From: Callorhinchus milii
Lineage: Eukaryota
Assembly (NCBI RefSeq): GCF_018977255.1
Contig: NW_024704743.1
Coordinates: 49,354,001 to 49,418,000, forward strand
DNA length: 64,000 nucleotides
Direction: 5' to 3'
Shown here: piece after piece, positions 24,852 to 38,394 of the stretch
How positions within the stretch are numbered: position 1 is the stretch's first letter
Layout: each line of letters starts with the position of its first letter
Notes under the pieces: model-generated
What the model saw: only the letters and a program-made list of their open reading frames with translations
Told to the model about the DNA's origin: nothing
The model's database searches: none
Made by a program: the position numbers and the translations under genes

Positions 24852-25167
24852 CTGTAAATAAAAAGAGAGAGTGAGTGAAGAAATGGTTCTGTACCCAAAC
24901 CCAAATCAAGTCGACAGTTCAGTAACTGTGTGATTAAGCTGTGGGAGAGCAATGAAACAGTGATGAAACTTGTCACATGTTAATCTATGCCTAAAATCTC
25001 AGTAAATGGCTACTGTAACAGCTGACTGACATTGGACACAGATATTATGACAATTTCCAGATGCTCCAGTAGTTCCTCAATGTAAAGCCATTCTGCCTCT
25101 CACAGTATAAAGCACTCACAGCCAGATAAATATGGCTTCAACCTGCCCTGAAACCCACCCAAAATCT

Positions 25168-25521
25168 AATAATAATAATCCTTGCATTTGATATAGACCT
25201 TATCAAGGCCTTCAAGATATCTCAAAGCACTTCACAGAATATACTGTAACGTGAATTGACTGTATTTTGTGGGCGAAACGCAGCAGCCAATTTCGCACAG
25301 CAGTGTTCCACAAACAGTCATGGATTGTTTGACCAAATTATTATTATTATTAAGGGATTATTACCCCTGGGAAAGCGATCCGCCAATCGTCTAACAACTG
25401 GGTTCCTACTTACTGCTAGGTAAACAGAGACGTGTGGAGTAAGGAAACTTGTCCAACGTTTCATCCTGCCCAGGAATCGAACTCAGGTCCTCTCACTTGC
25501 GAGGCGAGTGCTCTAACCACT
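25168..25521 (-). mobile_element. SINE, long variant
   Basis: Same family, with the extra ~65-bp internal segment. Confidence 0.9.
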
Positions 25522-27351
25522 AAGGTAAGGACACTAAGCTCCATTATGAAAGACATTGCATTCTACTTAAACATGTTGAAAATATAAGACTAAAACTACA
25601 TACTTAGGATGTTCTTGCCTACATGTGGGAGAAGGGAATGGAGGGGCATGGGAGGGAGGGGATTGGGAGGTTTGGCCGAATGGTCTGTTCCCATTTTGAA
25701 CGTTCTATGAAATTCTGTGTAATGTGCAATACATCTCAGAACCAGCGGAGGGCGTAGTATATCATGAATAAAATCTTCCAGATTTTTAATCATAAGGAAG
25801 ATTTGGTTGAAAAAGACCCTTTGGCCCATTAGATCTCAGCCTCCTAGGATAGTCATCCTACTGAGCTGCCATTGCCACAATACATGATTCTTGGAGCCCA
25901 GCATCCAGACCTCAACTCCTCTTCCTGGTAACCTCTGGGATGCTACCCCGGTGAAGGGCGCTATATATATGCAAGTAGTTGTTGTTGTAACCCATTCCCG
26001 TCTCTAATTATAAGCCTATTAGACAGACTATTTGTGAGTTCTTGGAAACTGAATGTCATTTCTCCATTTTAATAAATATGGGATGTACATACAGCATTTA
26101 AAGAAATAAATCTTGAACAACATGATGGAATTTGTAACTTCCATTAAAATAACCCCCACCCCCCTCAAACGTACTGAACAATTTGTGGGCTTTATATTAT
26201 CAAAGAGGTTTGTGCAGGATAAAGTACAGACAAAGTAGTAGGGGGGAAGGGGGAGGGCAAGCAGGAGAGAGAGAGAGAGAGAGAGTACAAGTACAGCCCA
26301 CAGTGGCAAGAGAAACAGAGGGCACAGCCCAGAACGGTGGTGAAAGAAGCGAGAGATAAGTCGTGACTGATCAGATGGTTGCTATGCACTGCCCACAAGC
26401 CACAGTCTTTCCTGATAGCCTGACGGGATGTCAGTGGCAACCTGAAGCCAGAAGCCATTGTTATTCCGTGGTCCAGTATAAGTCTAAAGCTCCAAAGCAG
26501 CATGTTATAATGTGCTCAATCTTTACATTGTCAATTCAGACAGTATAGGAGATAATAATTCAAGCAGTTCAGGACTCAAGATTTGATGATTGATGCATTT
26601 TAAGACATCAGAAATGATTAAAATCTATAACAGGAACAGTCAGGGGGAAACGTTAAACACATCAAATCTGATACTGAATTCTATATCATATTACCTCTTG
26701 TGTAACCAAGACAAAAATTGTTATGGTTCATAATGAAAGTTTATTTTTCAATAATAACAATAATACTGTGGTTACAGTCAGTATAGTGCTTTTCACATTG
26801 GGTTGATGTCCCAAAGAGTTTCACAGGATATACTGTAAAGTGGATTGACTGTGAAGCACTTTGGGACATTTTCCTGACATGAAGTCACTCTATACATGTA
26901 AATCGTACTGTGATTATCATAACTCTCATCCAGAAATCTTAAGAAATGCCACAAATTAAACACAGTTATATATTTTACACACATATACACAATGTCTGCT
27001 GATGGAGCTTATTTACTGCTCTGGTACCTCCTGTATGAATACTAAAAGCAGCAATTCTGAAGCTGGTATTGACACAGACACAAGGACATCCATGAGAGGA
27101 ACAACATAAGAACTCACAGGCAAAGTTACGGTCAGTACCTCTCTGACTAGCTCATCCTCTATAGGTCATCGTGTCACTGATAAAGGTTTAATGTAAATGT
27201 TAATTATTAATATAACACAACCATTCAAACCAAATGATTGTGGATTACATGAATAAAATCTACTCTCTCTCCCTCTGGAGATACAACTGATATTAACTAT
27301 ATAATTAACAATAGGATCCTTGATTTAGTTACTTTCACTGTGCAGTATCAT

Positions 27352-27750
27352 AATAATCTTTACATTTGGTAATATGCCTTTTACATGGGGAGGACATCTC
27401 AAAGCATCTCACAGGATATACTGTAAAATGTAGTGACAATGTGTATTTTGTGGGCAAATGCAGCAGCCGATTTATACACAACAATGTTCCCCACAAACAA
27501 CTATGGCCAATTTTACTTGGGTGATTGTTGGCTAGGACACTGGGAGAATATCCTTTCTCTTTTCAAATAGTGGCATGGGATCTTAAATACCCACCTGATG
27601 GGACCTCGGGTTAATGTCTCGTCTGAAGTACCTCCAATAACGCAGTGGATACCAACACTGAAATGGAGTGTCAGCCTAGTGAATTTGTGAATTCAAAGTC
27701 TTGACATGGAACTCGATCCCACAACCTTCTGACTTGGGGGTGAGAGTCAG
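27352..27750 (-). mobile_element. Older Deu-domain SINE
   Basis: Same motifs as 7622-8050. Confidence 0.8.
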
Positions 27751-29415
27751 TCTGATCCCCTTTGCTTTCCAATGGACAGCGCTCTGAGACGCCATCCGGC
27801 GTGGAGGGCGCTATATAAAGTTATTGTTGTTGTTGTTGGACAGCTTTTGTTTTAGACAGGTTCCTGTGGGATTCACCCACAGGTCAAAGGATTTGTTTCT
27901 TTTTAATCTCGAGCAAATATTCAGATAAGGAGTTTGTGGTCAGGGGGAAAAGAAATGTCATTTGCTCAGTCTTTTATAAATTGTCATTAAAAGCCTCTCC
28001 AAGGAGCAACCAAGAGGAAATGACTATCGTTTCATGGGTGCCAGCCCCTCCAGTACTTCTCCCAATTGTCATACTTCTGGTGCAATGTTATTTGATTGGA
28101 GGGTGGGGGAGAGAGAGGAGGCTAGAGAAGGTTAAGCCCATCTTGTATACTCAAGCACACTGCCAGTAGCAGGGGACGCTGAATAATAATAAGAAGCAGC
28201 ATGGCAAGCTGATGTTTCCTCTCGCTCGACCAGGAGCACCGAGGTCAAGATCAATTCCTTTTTTCAATAGAAAATTTTCCTCTCTCTTGTTATGAACAGG
28301 TTAAGACGTCTCCCCGTGCTCTTGAGCCTCTGCCAATGCTGACCTGGACTTGCAAACAGAGCTGAGTTCAGCACAACCCCTGGTGGGTTTCCCTCCTCTG
28401 GTGTAGTGACCAGCCTCCAGTTCACGCATAATAATTCATAATATTTGAATTAGTCCCCTATCATGTCTCTGAGATGCCTCAAACTCACATTTTGTCACAC
28501 ATCCTGACAAAAGCATGGCTGAAATGCAGAACGACAGGCACTACTGTGGTGCGACAGCTTTGAGAGACAGCAATGAGCACAGGACTGAGCTTTAGGGCAC
28601 GTGTAGCCCATGGTGTATAACTCTCGATTCAGGTTAGGAATCATTTATAGAATACTTCACACAACAACCACAACAACAGCATCTGAGTTATCAGTGTTCC
28701 TAAGTAAACGGAAATTCATTGTAAAACTTATAATAAAAGAAAATAATCTTTCCAATCATCAACACATGCTGGAGTAGGAAGTGGCCGTGCTGGTGGTTAA
28801 ACGGTCTCATTCAAAAAAAAGTTTGCAACCCATGTAAATAGCGTAACTGGCAAATGATTTAAACATTTGAGAATTTCATTGAGCAAGTGGCTGTGCTGCT
28901 GTATTATTAGCAATGGAGGAGGGTAAAGCAAAGCAAAAAAGGAAGCAAGAACATCCTGATGAATTTTAAAATGCTGAACAGCTGGTCAGGAAGCGACTTT
29001 ATTTGCCTGGTTATCTCTATTGGTTTAGCAGGATATCCTTGCTGTATTGTGCTGAATGAAGCAAAAGCAAGGGTTCCATTTGATGAACGGGAATGCCCTA
29101 TTGTTTTGCCCTTTTTTTAATAAATACACAACTTGCATCTGTCAGATCTGTACCACATGCTTCCAAGCTTAAGACTCCAGGCTTTTGAAGAAACTAAACA
29201 TTTCATAATATGAACAAGGAAGAGGAACAGCACAAAAAATGGGAGGAGGGGTGGGGGAGAAGGTAAGGAAGAGTTGAAAAGTTAAAGAACCTGTCCTTCA
29301 GTGCTGGTGCCAAGGGATATGTAAAGTCTAAAGTCATGTTCTACATTTAACCAAATACAATAAGGGCCTATTATAAAAATACAAAATAATGCTCCTCACA
29401 CCACGAGTCTAGAAG

Positions 29416-29770
29416 ATAATAATAATCCTTGCATTTGATATAGCGCCTTATCACATCTTTGAGATGTCTCAAAACACTTCACAGAATATACTGCAAAGTC
29501 AATTGACTATATTTTATGGGCGAAACTCGGCAGCCAATTGTGCTCAGCAGTATCCCACAAACGGTCGTGGATTGAGTGGCCAATTTATCTATTTTTGAAG
29601 GGATTGTTACCCCCAGAAAAGTGATCTGCCAATCAAGTAACAACCGTGTTCCTGCATACTGCTAGGTGAACAGAGGCGTGTGGAGTAAGGAAACTTGCCC
29701 AACGTTTTGCCCTGCCAGGAATCGAACCTAGGTCCCCTGCAAGTGCTCTAACTACTGAGCTACAGGACTC
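29416..29770 (-). mobile_element. SINE, long variant
   Basis: Full length, tail to head (ctgagctacaggactc). Confidence 0.9.
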
Positions 29771-29924
29771 AATGATGCACAAGCTCTTGGAGCGATGATG
29801 GTCAGTTCCATTTCACAAGATCAGTTTGGAAATCATCTCCTAATTCGTAATGCCACTCCCCATATCCTCCATTACTTACCAGCTGCACTGAATAGATTGC
29901 ATGGAAATATTCATCCTGCCCCAT

Positions 29925-30150
29925 TGACACATGCGCACTTGCAGGCTGAACGCAACGAATTGCAGGAAATGTAGTTTTGATCTGTCACCGCATGCGCAGA
30001 AGAATTTCACTTCTAGTGATTTAATACAATTTCAATACTTGACAGTAAGTGTGCACATGGCAATGGTTAAGATGCATTGAATCCGAGGGATGTAGTCTTG
30101 AGCTGTCACCGCATGAACAGTTACCAACTGCAGTGATTACATATGCGTGG
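29925..30150. promoter_or_regulatory. Candidate promoter: duplicated ZNF143/THAP11-like and NRF1-like motifs
   Basis: GGAAATGTAGT (29965-29975), GGGATGTAGT (30087-30096), CGCATGCGCA (29989-29998), CATGCGCA (29930-29937). Confidence 0.4.
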
Positions 30151-30865
30151 ACAGGGTAGATTATTGATTAAAAATCGGATCTTTCACAAATTATACAAGT
30201 TTAGTGTAACTCAGATTACGCACAAGTCATATGAAATGTTATGGTCCTGAATGATACGACTTATGGGAGTTTTACTGTGAAGGAGTGGAGCGCCATTCCA
30301 CGCAATTTCCCTTTCTTTGTCAGGACTAAGACAGCTAAAAGCATTACATTGAGCACTGGGTTACAATCAGATTAACCCATGGTCCCGTACGGCAGACTGC
30401 AGCACCATTTTACCTTGTGAGAAATCAGGGACAAACATGTATTGACGTCTAGTGGCCACATAAAAAACAAAGAAGCAAGTTAAATTTTAACCCATTTTTG
30501 CAGTTTGTATCTGTAAAGTGAATAATGGATATCCATTCTTATATTTGCAAAGGGAAACTCGCTCACGGTTCCTGTGGACACAGAACTCAGTTTAAATGCA
30601 CTTTCTGGGTGTAGAAAGAATATGTCCGGGTTCTTTCTGGAGATACGATTATTTCCATGCAATCCATTCAATGCAGCCGGTAAGTGTGGGAGGATAGGGG
30701 AGTCACATTACAAGTTAGGAGATGATTTTCTTATCTTGGTTACAATCACCCTTTGAGAAAGGCAAGATCTAATACTTTACAGAAATAAAATATAGCCAAT
30801 GGATTTTTGTTTGTATCTCACAAATCTGAATTTTCCAAATATACTGTAAATGGCCAGATCCTCAC

Positions 30866-31105
30866 AATTGTGGGCGAAACGTGGCAGCCAATTGCGAACA
30901 GTAGTATCCCACAAACAGTCATAGATTGAGCGACCAAATTATTATTATTTTCTTATTTTTTGAGGATTTATTACCTCCGGAAAAGCAATCGACTAACAAC
31001 CCACTTACTGTTAGATAATAAAGGCCTGTTGAGTAAGGAAATTATTTAAAGAAAGGAAAGGTTTCTTTAAGGAAAAAATGTTTCATCCCGCCCGGAAATC
31101 GAACT
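30866..31105 (-). mobile_element. SINE, long variant, partial
   Basis: tgtgggcgaaacgtggcagccaattgcg...gagtaaggaaa. Confidence 0.8.
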
Positions 31106-33451
31106 GAGAATGCACTTTGGAAGCAGTTTAATTTATCCTGCGTCAACTGAGAACCACGAGTTCTATGTCATGCGCCATCAGCTGACTCCCCCAGGTTTGT
31201 ACAGGAATTACAGAACCAAATGTCCACAAACTTCTTTTGTTTAGGTCAATACAAGGAAGTCTCAATAGCGCAACTTTTCTTGCTTTCGTCAATTCTTCAA
31301 GTGTAGGGATGGTGCAACAGAACTCGTGTTCAATGAGACCTTTGGAAATCATGAGCCAACTTGGTCAGGAGAAAGTCATGGAGACAACAAAAAGTAGCCT
31401 CGTTGTATTCGTGAAGGAGCCATGCCACCGAAGCATGTTACTGTAAAAGCTATGTACCAATGAATATTACAGTGAGGCTACTGTATTTCTAGAAGTATAG
31501 AAGCAAAACCCTGGAAACAATTTGTGTTTTTTTGAATCCATACCAGACCTCAGAACTGCGACTGTGACTGGGGAGGAAAAGAACCCAACAACAACTACTG
31601 TATAAACAGCATTTATTTAGCGCCCCTCACGCAAGGTAATATCCCAACACAAGTCAATGTCTACATAAATCACACAGAAACTTTTTTTTGCAAGCTTATG
31701 GTTTTACAATTACATTAATGAGTTAATAAAAGATACATAGTGCTGCGAGTGTCTAATCTTTAGAGATTGGACACCATGTAAACCTCCTTATCACCTCTTG
31801 AAGTGTCTGATAGATTTGCAAGGAAACAAATTCATAAGACGAGTCAGATGCCTATAATGCAGCTACATGAATGAAGATTTTGCTGTAGATGATGTTGACT
31901 TAAGACAAAAAATAACAGTTACTGGAAGAAGTCAAGTTTCAACAACTTACACTTAATTGGTACCTTTCAACTAGGGTGATATATCAAACTTTCCCTGAAA
32001 GACAACGAATTTAAAGAAGCTGATGACATGTATGTCAGTGAGACATTTAATGGAATCATTTCACCAAAGGAAACACACTCAAGAGTTGTGATGCCCTTTT
32101 TAACCTTAAGACAAACTGCTGACCTAGAAGGAAGTATTCAGAGCCGTGTGTCTGTCTTATCTACCGGATTTTCACACAGCACTATACAGCCATCACATTC
32201 CTGTTGTACTATTGTTTGAGTATAAACAATTTGAGTATGAAAACACAAAACAAAGCAAAAATTCAGGTGCACATTGTCCTAACAGGGAAAGATCACCTTG
32301 TACCTTTAGGTGCTGTACATTAAACCCCCAATTAGTGACCCAGTCTTGTAACGCACACCATATCAAAGACTTCCCTAATTTTAGTTAAGTTTATTTCGGA
32401 GCAGCAGTGTCATGCAACACTTGTGATTTTCAACATGTCAATTCTACTTAGATTAATCATCATGGGATACATTGAGCCAAGTGCTTCCCAATGGAGGAGG
32501 GGCAGAAAGTTCTCTCAAACCACATTTTGTATCTCTCTCATCATTCAGATAGAGCAGCGTTGACAGTAACCTGGGAGCAGATCAATCTTTCCTGTTTTCT
32601 CAACAGCCACATAAAGATGTCAATATAGACATAGTGAATACTGCAGGTACTTCACTATGCCTTCCAGATTCTCTATTGTAAACAGATGAAACACACATAT
32701 GCATAGTAATCTGTATTGCTGACACCAAACTATGTGCTGACAGAAAACTAAGTGCAATTAAAATAAACTTACTGCTTTGCCCAAAGTAAAAGTAGCAATC
32801 AAATAGCATTGTGCATTGTTTCTACAATACTTTTCCACTCTACTAAGAATCAAATTAGTGCAATCAATTGATGGCATTTTGCACTATGTCCTTGATGCCC
32901 TTTCCCAACTAAAATCTGCTCTCGCTGGAGGGAGAGAGGCTTCATTCAGCTCTTCGACTCTATGCATTGCTGAGCTGCCAATCTCATGGAAGGAGTCAGG
33001 CACCTTCTGCAGTAAGGAAGAAAATCCATTACAAAGCAATCACTCTCCACTCTTCTCCACAATACTCAGCACCAGTTCGGGGATGAAGGGAGGTACTGTA
33101 TCAATTGAAAAAAACTTATTAATGTACATTTTTGTGCTGCTGCTGATTCATGAAGTAAATGTCAAGGCTGACAGGAAAGAAGCATTGTTCCCTTATCAAG
33201 TAGCTGTCAGTTACTCAGCCATTCACATTCAATATTCCCACAATTGTCATGTGGGACATTTGGGTCCACATGTAAGGCTATTTGAGTTTCAGCACCATTT
33301 ATATTGAAACCATTGACAAAAACAGCACAAGATTCCCTTCATATCACCCTAAGAATTTCCCCCTCTTATGAACAGCAACATTATTAGTGGTACAGAAAAG
33401 AATCTTACAGCAGCAGAACAGTGAACGAGAATGGCAAAATCCCTCAACAGG

Positions 33452-33815
33452 ACCTCTCCGACCTCTTGACCCCATATCAGCCTGTCCACTCCCTCCGCTC
33501 GGCCGACACTGATCTGTTTCAGGTCCTCTGAACTTCCTGCCCCACCATTGGTGGTTGGGCATTCAGCATCTCTGCCCCCACAGTCCAGAACTCTATCCTG
33601 CAATCCCTCCGCCTCATCCGCTCTCTTGCCTCCTTCAAGTTCTGTCGAAAGACCTTCCTCTTCAACTGTGCCTTCGGCCACCCTACCACCTTCTGTTCCC
33701 TCCACCCCTCTTGACCCCAACTCCCAGCTCAGGTCCAAAAATCCCTGACTGTCCAGCGCCTCTGGACGTTTTTCCAACGTGAAGGGCACTATACAAGTGT
33801 AATTTGTTATTGTTG
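33452..33815 (+). mobile_element. LINE2 3' fragment
   Basis: Matches the 3' end of the other L2 copies, including the tail cagcgcctctggacg...gtgaagggcactata...ttgttattg. Confidence 0.85.
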
Positions 33816-36800
33816 GCTAGGTTTAACACATAAAAAGGTTCAATGCTTAACGTGTGTTAATAGAGTAAGTCTGCAAGGGGTTTACCCTGTCCAAGGTCTT
33901 CTTTAAAAGCATTCATCCTTGCAATATTGAATTAAAAACAAACAATATACTACTGCGCTGCTCAAAAAAAATTCATGCCATCCCATACAGTCAAATAAAA
34001 ACAAGCATTTGATTGTTTTTGTAAGATGTGCGTTGGCATGTCAGAGCAAAATCTCCCTTTTACTGCTTTTTCTGTGTTGTAGAGCTGTGAGGAGTGGGGG
34101 GAAATGTATGTATTCATTTGATAAGAACAACCCAAGAGCTGAAAGTTCATTTAGTTCATCCACTCACCTCCTGCTGAAGTTCGTATTGTTTATTTTTCCA
34201 CAAGTGACATTTGAGAATGATGGAAAAATAAAAGTAAAATGTTATCAGTAACTGGCATGTTACAGCTGAAAGCAGGATGGAATAGTTCCACCTTTTGCAT
34301 TTGGAGGTTATGAAAATTGATCCATGGTAGCATTACTGTCTATTAAAACAAACACTGACGTACAGCTTGCTCAGATCTTTGGGAATTCCTGTATTAACAC
34401 AAACCCAACGTTAAATAAATTACAGACAGGAAAACAACAATCCCTGTGGATACATTTTCCATTACTACCTTTACTGCTCTTTAAATTGGGACATAGATTC
34501 TCTACCTGTGTGATGTTCATACATGGTGTTGGAAAACTGTAGCTGCCAGTTTAAAATGGCTTTTCAAAAATATGGTACTGTGAATTTTAAGGTAGGTTTC
34601 AATTGGAAGGTGGGCAGGTAATATTATGAGGTTGAGATTAATGTCTCCAGTTCAACTGGACACAATTATGACAAGTGTGCAAACTATATACAAGTGAAAG
34701 AAACTAGTGTTCACAAGACCTTACATTCTGCCAGTCCACGGGTGGATTATGTACATTGTATAGAAGAGAAACTGACTGATAATGTATTTGTGCGAATGCC
34801 TTCAACAGAAGAGACATTTATTTAATCCTCCAGAAAACTATCCTCGCAGTATACTAGGGATTAAACAGTACTGAGTATACAGAGCCTCAAGAACCCATAG
34901 TTCACAAGTTCATGCCACAGTTTAAAGACTCATATTAGTTAAATGCAAAAAATAGCCCTAGCACTTTAAAATCTCTTTATAGTAGCTTCGACAGGAAGAA
35001 TTGGAGCATAAACATTTAAGGTGAGTACTCACGAGTGCTGAGCATGTTTTTCGAGAAACATAGTAAGGTACAAGACTAAACCCGGTGTATACTAAATCCT
35101 AGATTTAAGAATCTAAACTTTTCTGCAATTCTCCAACTTTAATGGTGGAGGTTTAATTTGAATTAGGAGACTAGTTATCCAGCGTTGCTCACATCCCTCT
35201 CAAACACATCACACATCATCTGTTGGAAATTTCCGTTCTCAACATGGGTATTGTGGAGGGTAGAGAGAAAAGACGTGTATGTAAACTTTGTTGTTTTGCT
35301 TCCCTGTCCCCAAAGCTGAGATGAGACCACTTTACCAGGGGCAGAATACACTGGGACTTACAGTGTCTGAGCTGCTGTTAGAAAACAGAAAAGGATTCAG
35401 AGATGGGATTAAAGCTATAGTTCTCAACTTTAGAAACAGGTGTAAAATGGACTGCAGTTCTGTTCAGTGTTTACTTTTCCAGAGTTACATATATCAAACC
35501 AGGTCTCATTTATAATCTTCTGAGTGACTATCACTCCTTAACAAACGACACTTCACAGCTGTGTTAAACTATACATATACCAGGGGGTTTCCAATAGTCT
35601 TCGGCCAATCACAATCCAACCTTGTTCCTCTAAAGCTAGCACAGGAAGAGAAGTAGACTATTCATTATACAAAAAAATGATTAAAACCTTGCTTTCTCAA
35701 TCCTACACTGAAACACTATCAAACTGTAATATTTGTGCAATGATCAAGCTTATAAGTTATAACAAAGGCCAATGCTAATTGTTATCAAAGTACAATGTGT
35801 GTATCATGCACCATGTTACGCATTGGGGTTAATATTGCAAGTCAAGTTGCCTAGAGTCATCTTAAGACAGCTCTAACTACCCTAATGCAGGTAGGAATTC
35901 CCCCTCCCCAACTCTATTACAACAACAACAACTTACATTTATATAGCGCCCTTCAGGTGGGATAGCGTCCAGGAGCGCTTTTAGACAACAAAGGACCAAA
36001 CGACTGGGACATGAACGACTGCCCTGCTCAGACAGTCTTTGTAGCAATGGCAAGAGGTCTCGTACTTTCATTCTATTGCACACTTTCACTGTGTCCTTCA
36101 ACTATATCTCTGCATCAAATGAACCTTCAACTGATACATCCCCTCCCTCCGCTATCCAGTCCCCACTCACTACTCAGACGTGAACACAGTTTCAAAACAA
36201 AAAAAAGTTGCTTATTCCCTCCAAGTGCTCAATTGGTGCAAAAAAATACATAGAGTGAAATTGCCACACAGATAGAAGATTCCTGGTTGGTGCTGTGCAG
36301 GACAGCAACAAGGAAACCTGTGGATAGCAATCATTTTCCCAACCTTATCCAGCAACTCTGAATCCCCATCTGCCCAGTTGAGATCAGATGTCTCAGGGCA
36401 GAGCAGCATTCAAACCTGCAACCTCCTGGACTTCATAGCCTTTATGCAATGCTGTCAGAGGGAGCTCATAACAAAGACTTTTTTAGAGCAACAAAAAAAA
36501 TATTGACAGCCAATTCACCGACAAAAACATTTATGACTGCCAAGTTAAACCGCAAACCTCACAATAACTAAATCAGATCAGGGGAATTTTTAGAATTGAC
36601 TTGATAAACTTGGGTTAAAAAAACAGTCCCTTCAGAGTGAGTACAAGATGACTGATCTCCACAGAGTTGCTGAAACTGAAACCTCACTCTGAAACCATGC
36701 TGCACATTCTACAATTAAAACAACCTACAACAGATTGGGGAGTTTCCAGATAAATATTGAAGTATCAGCTACAAGGACCAGTCTGGACTTGAACTTGTAA

Positions 36801-37091
36801 GCACTGAACAAGTGAAATACGTTCTAAGGCATTTAGCTAAAACAGTTACAAAGCATTAAGAGAAATATCAGTACAAATGAACAGCAAATGCTTGGGTGAG
36901 ATCCTGGAGGGAAGTTGGCTCTTTCATAATCCAGCATGAGACAGCGTTCAGGAGAAGAGGCTCCACATGTCTGTATCACGAACATTCACAGGAGTCATTT
37001 GGATGAAGAAAGCCGTGTGGTCTGTCTCATCCTATCCCTCCAGAATATCGACTTGACCACTTTCCCATTGCAGCAACGGGCTAAGTTTGTC

Positions 37092-37455
37092 GGAGTTCTG
37101 TAGCTCAGTGGTTAGAGCACTCGCTCACAAGCGAGAGACCTAGGTTCGATTCCCAGCAGGAAAAATTTTGGGCAAGTTTCTTTACTCCACAGGCCTGTTT
37201 ATCCAGCAGTAAATAGGAACCCAGTTGTTAGTCGATTGGCGGATCACTTTTCCGGGGATAAGAATCCCTCAAAAAAAATTTAATCACTCAATTCATAACT
37301 GTTTGTGGGACACTGCTGTGCACAATTAGTCTGCCGCATTTCGCCAACATACATATACAGACAATTCACTTTACAGTATATCCTGTGAAGCACTTTGAGA
37401 GGTGTCGAAGACGTGATAAGGCATTATACCAAATGTAAGGATTATTATTATTATT
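37092..37455 (+). mobile_element. SINE, long variant
   Basis: GGAGTTCTGTAGCTCAGTGGTTAGAGC...GGTTCGATTCCC head and (TTA)n tail. Confidence 0.92.
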
Positions 37456-38394
37456 TCTTAAATTAGTTCAGTGTCCTCACCTCCACTACCATTCCTAGGA
37501 ATCCATTCTAGCCATTAAATATGCTTTGTGAAAATAAATACTTCTCAATGTCTGACCTGCAATTGCCTTGTACAAGCCTGACCTGTGTCCTCTTGTACCT
37601 TTGCTGTGGCACAACAAAATTTTGTTCTCGATTTAATTTCTCTTTTCATTATGCATACTGTATACCTATAATAAGGGTCCCGCAGACAACTGTAAAGGCT
37701 GAAGAAGCACACGTTATTGAATAATTCCTTAGAGTTTATCATTTTAACACCGGGATCATCCTCATTGTTCTCCTCCATTTCTAGGGACTGACCTTTATGA
37801 ACCAGAACTGTACGCATTACGTAGCTCGTACAGTTCTGGTTGCTCCAACATATACCAGATGTATGCCTTCGGGGCATCTGAACTTGGCATTATAGCTCAG
37901 CACCCTGTTTGCTTTGTTTGTTGCTGATTCAAAAGGTGAAGCAAATCACCTAGCAATCTTATGTCTTCTTTAACCTCTTCAATGATCCCATCTATGCTAA
38001 GACCATCTACCTCTAGCTTGGTGTTGTTTGTAAATGTCACAGCCCTGCACTGAATGTGCAAATCCATCCAACTTCTCCCGCAACTAATGCTTCATACAAT
38101 GAAGTGAAATTCCCAACAAACAAACTACACGAGAAATAAGTATTCCAGATGGAAGAGGCTGACTCCAACGACACGCGTGGCCATGTAGGCAGCTCTCGCT
38201 GGTTTGGGCAGGAATCCTCTAGTATTCAAGCTACTTTTACTATACTAACAAAGCCATTGGGTCAGACTTTTGTAGCACAAGGTTGAGGGTGCTCTGAACA
38301 TTTTGAAGATAATGGAAGTTTGAGAGAATTGATTATGAAAAACTCTTTCTGCTGGTAGAGGACTCAGACAAGAGGACATTAATTCAAATAGGTG

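Noticed and set aside
32816..33307. 163-aa + strand ORF
   Set aside because: TTG start, no recognisable domain and no supporting splice structure; likely chance.
37092..37165. tRNA genes at SINE heads (also ~11370-11437, 49040-49113, 52270-52343)
   Set aside because: A/B boxes are present but there is no proper acceptor stem, and each runs directly into a SINE body and L2 tail.
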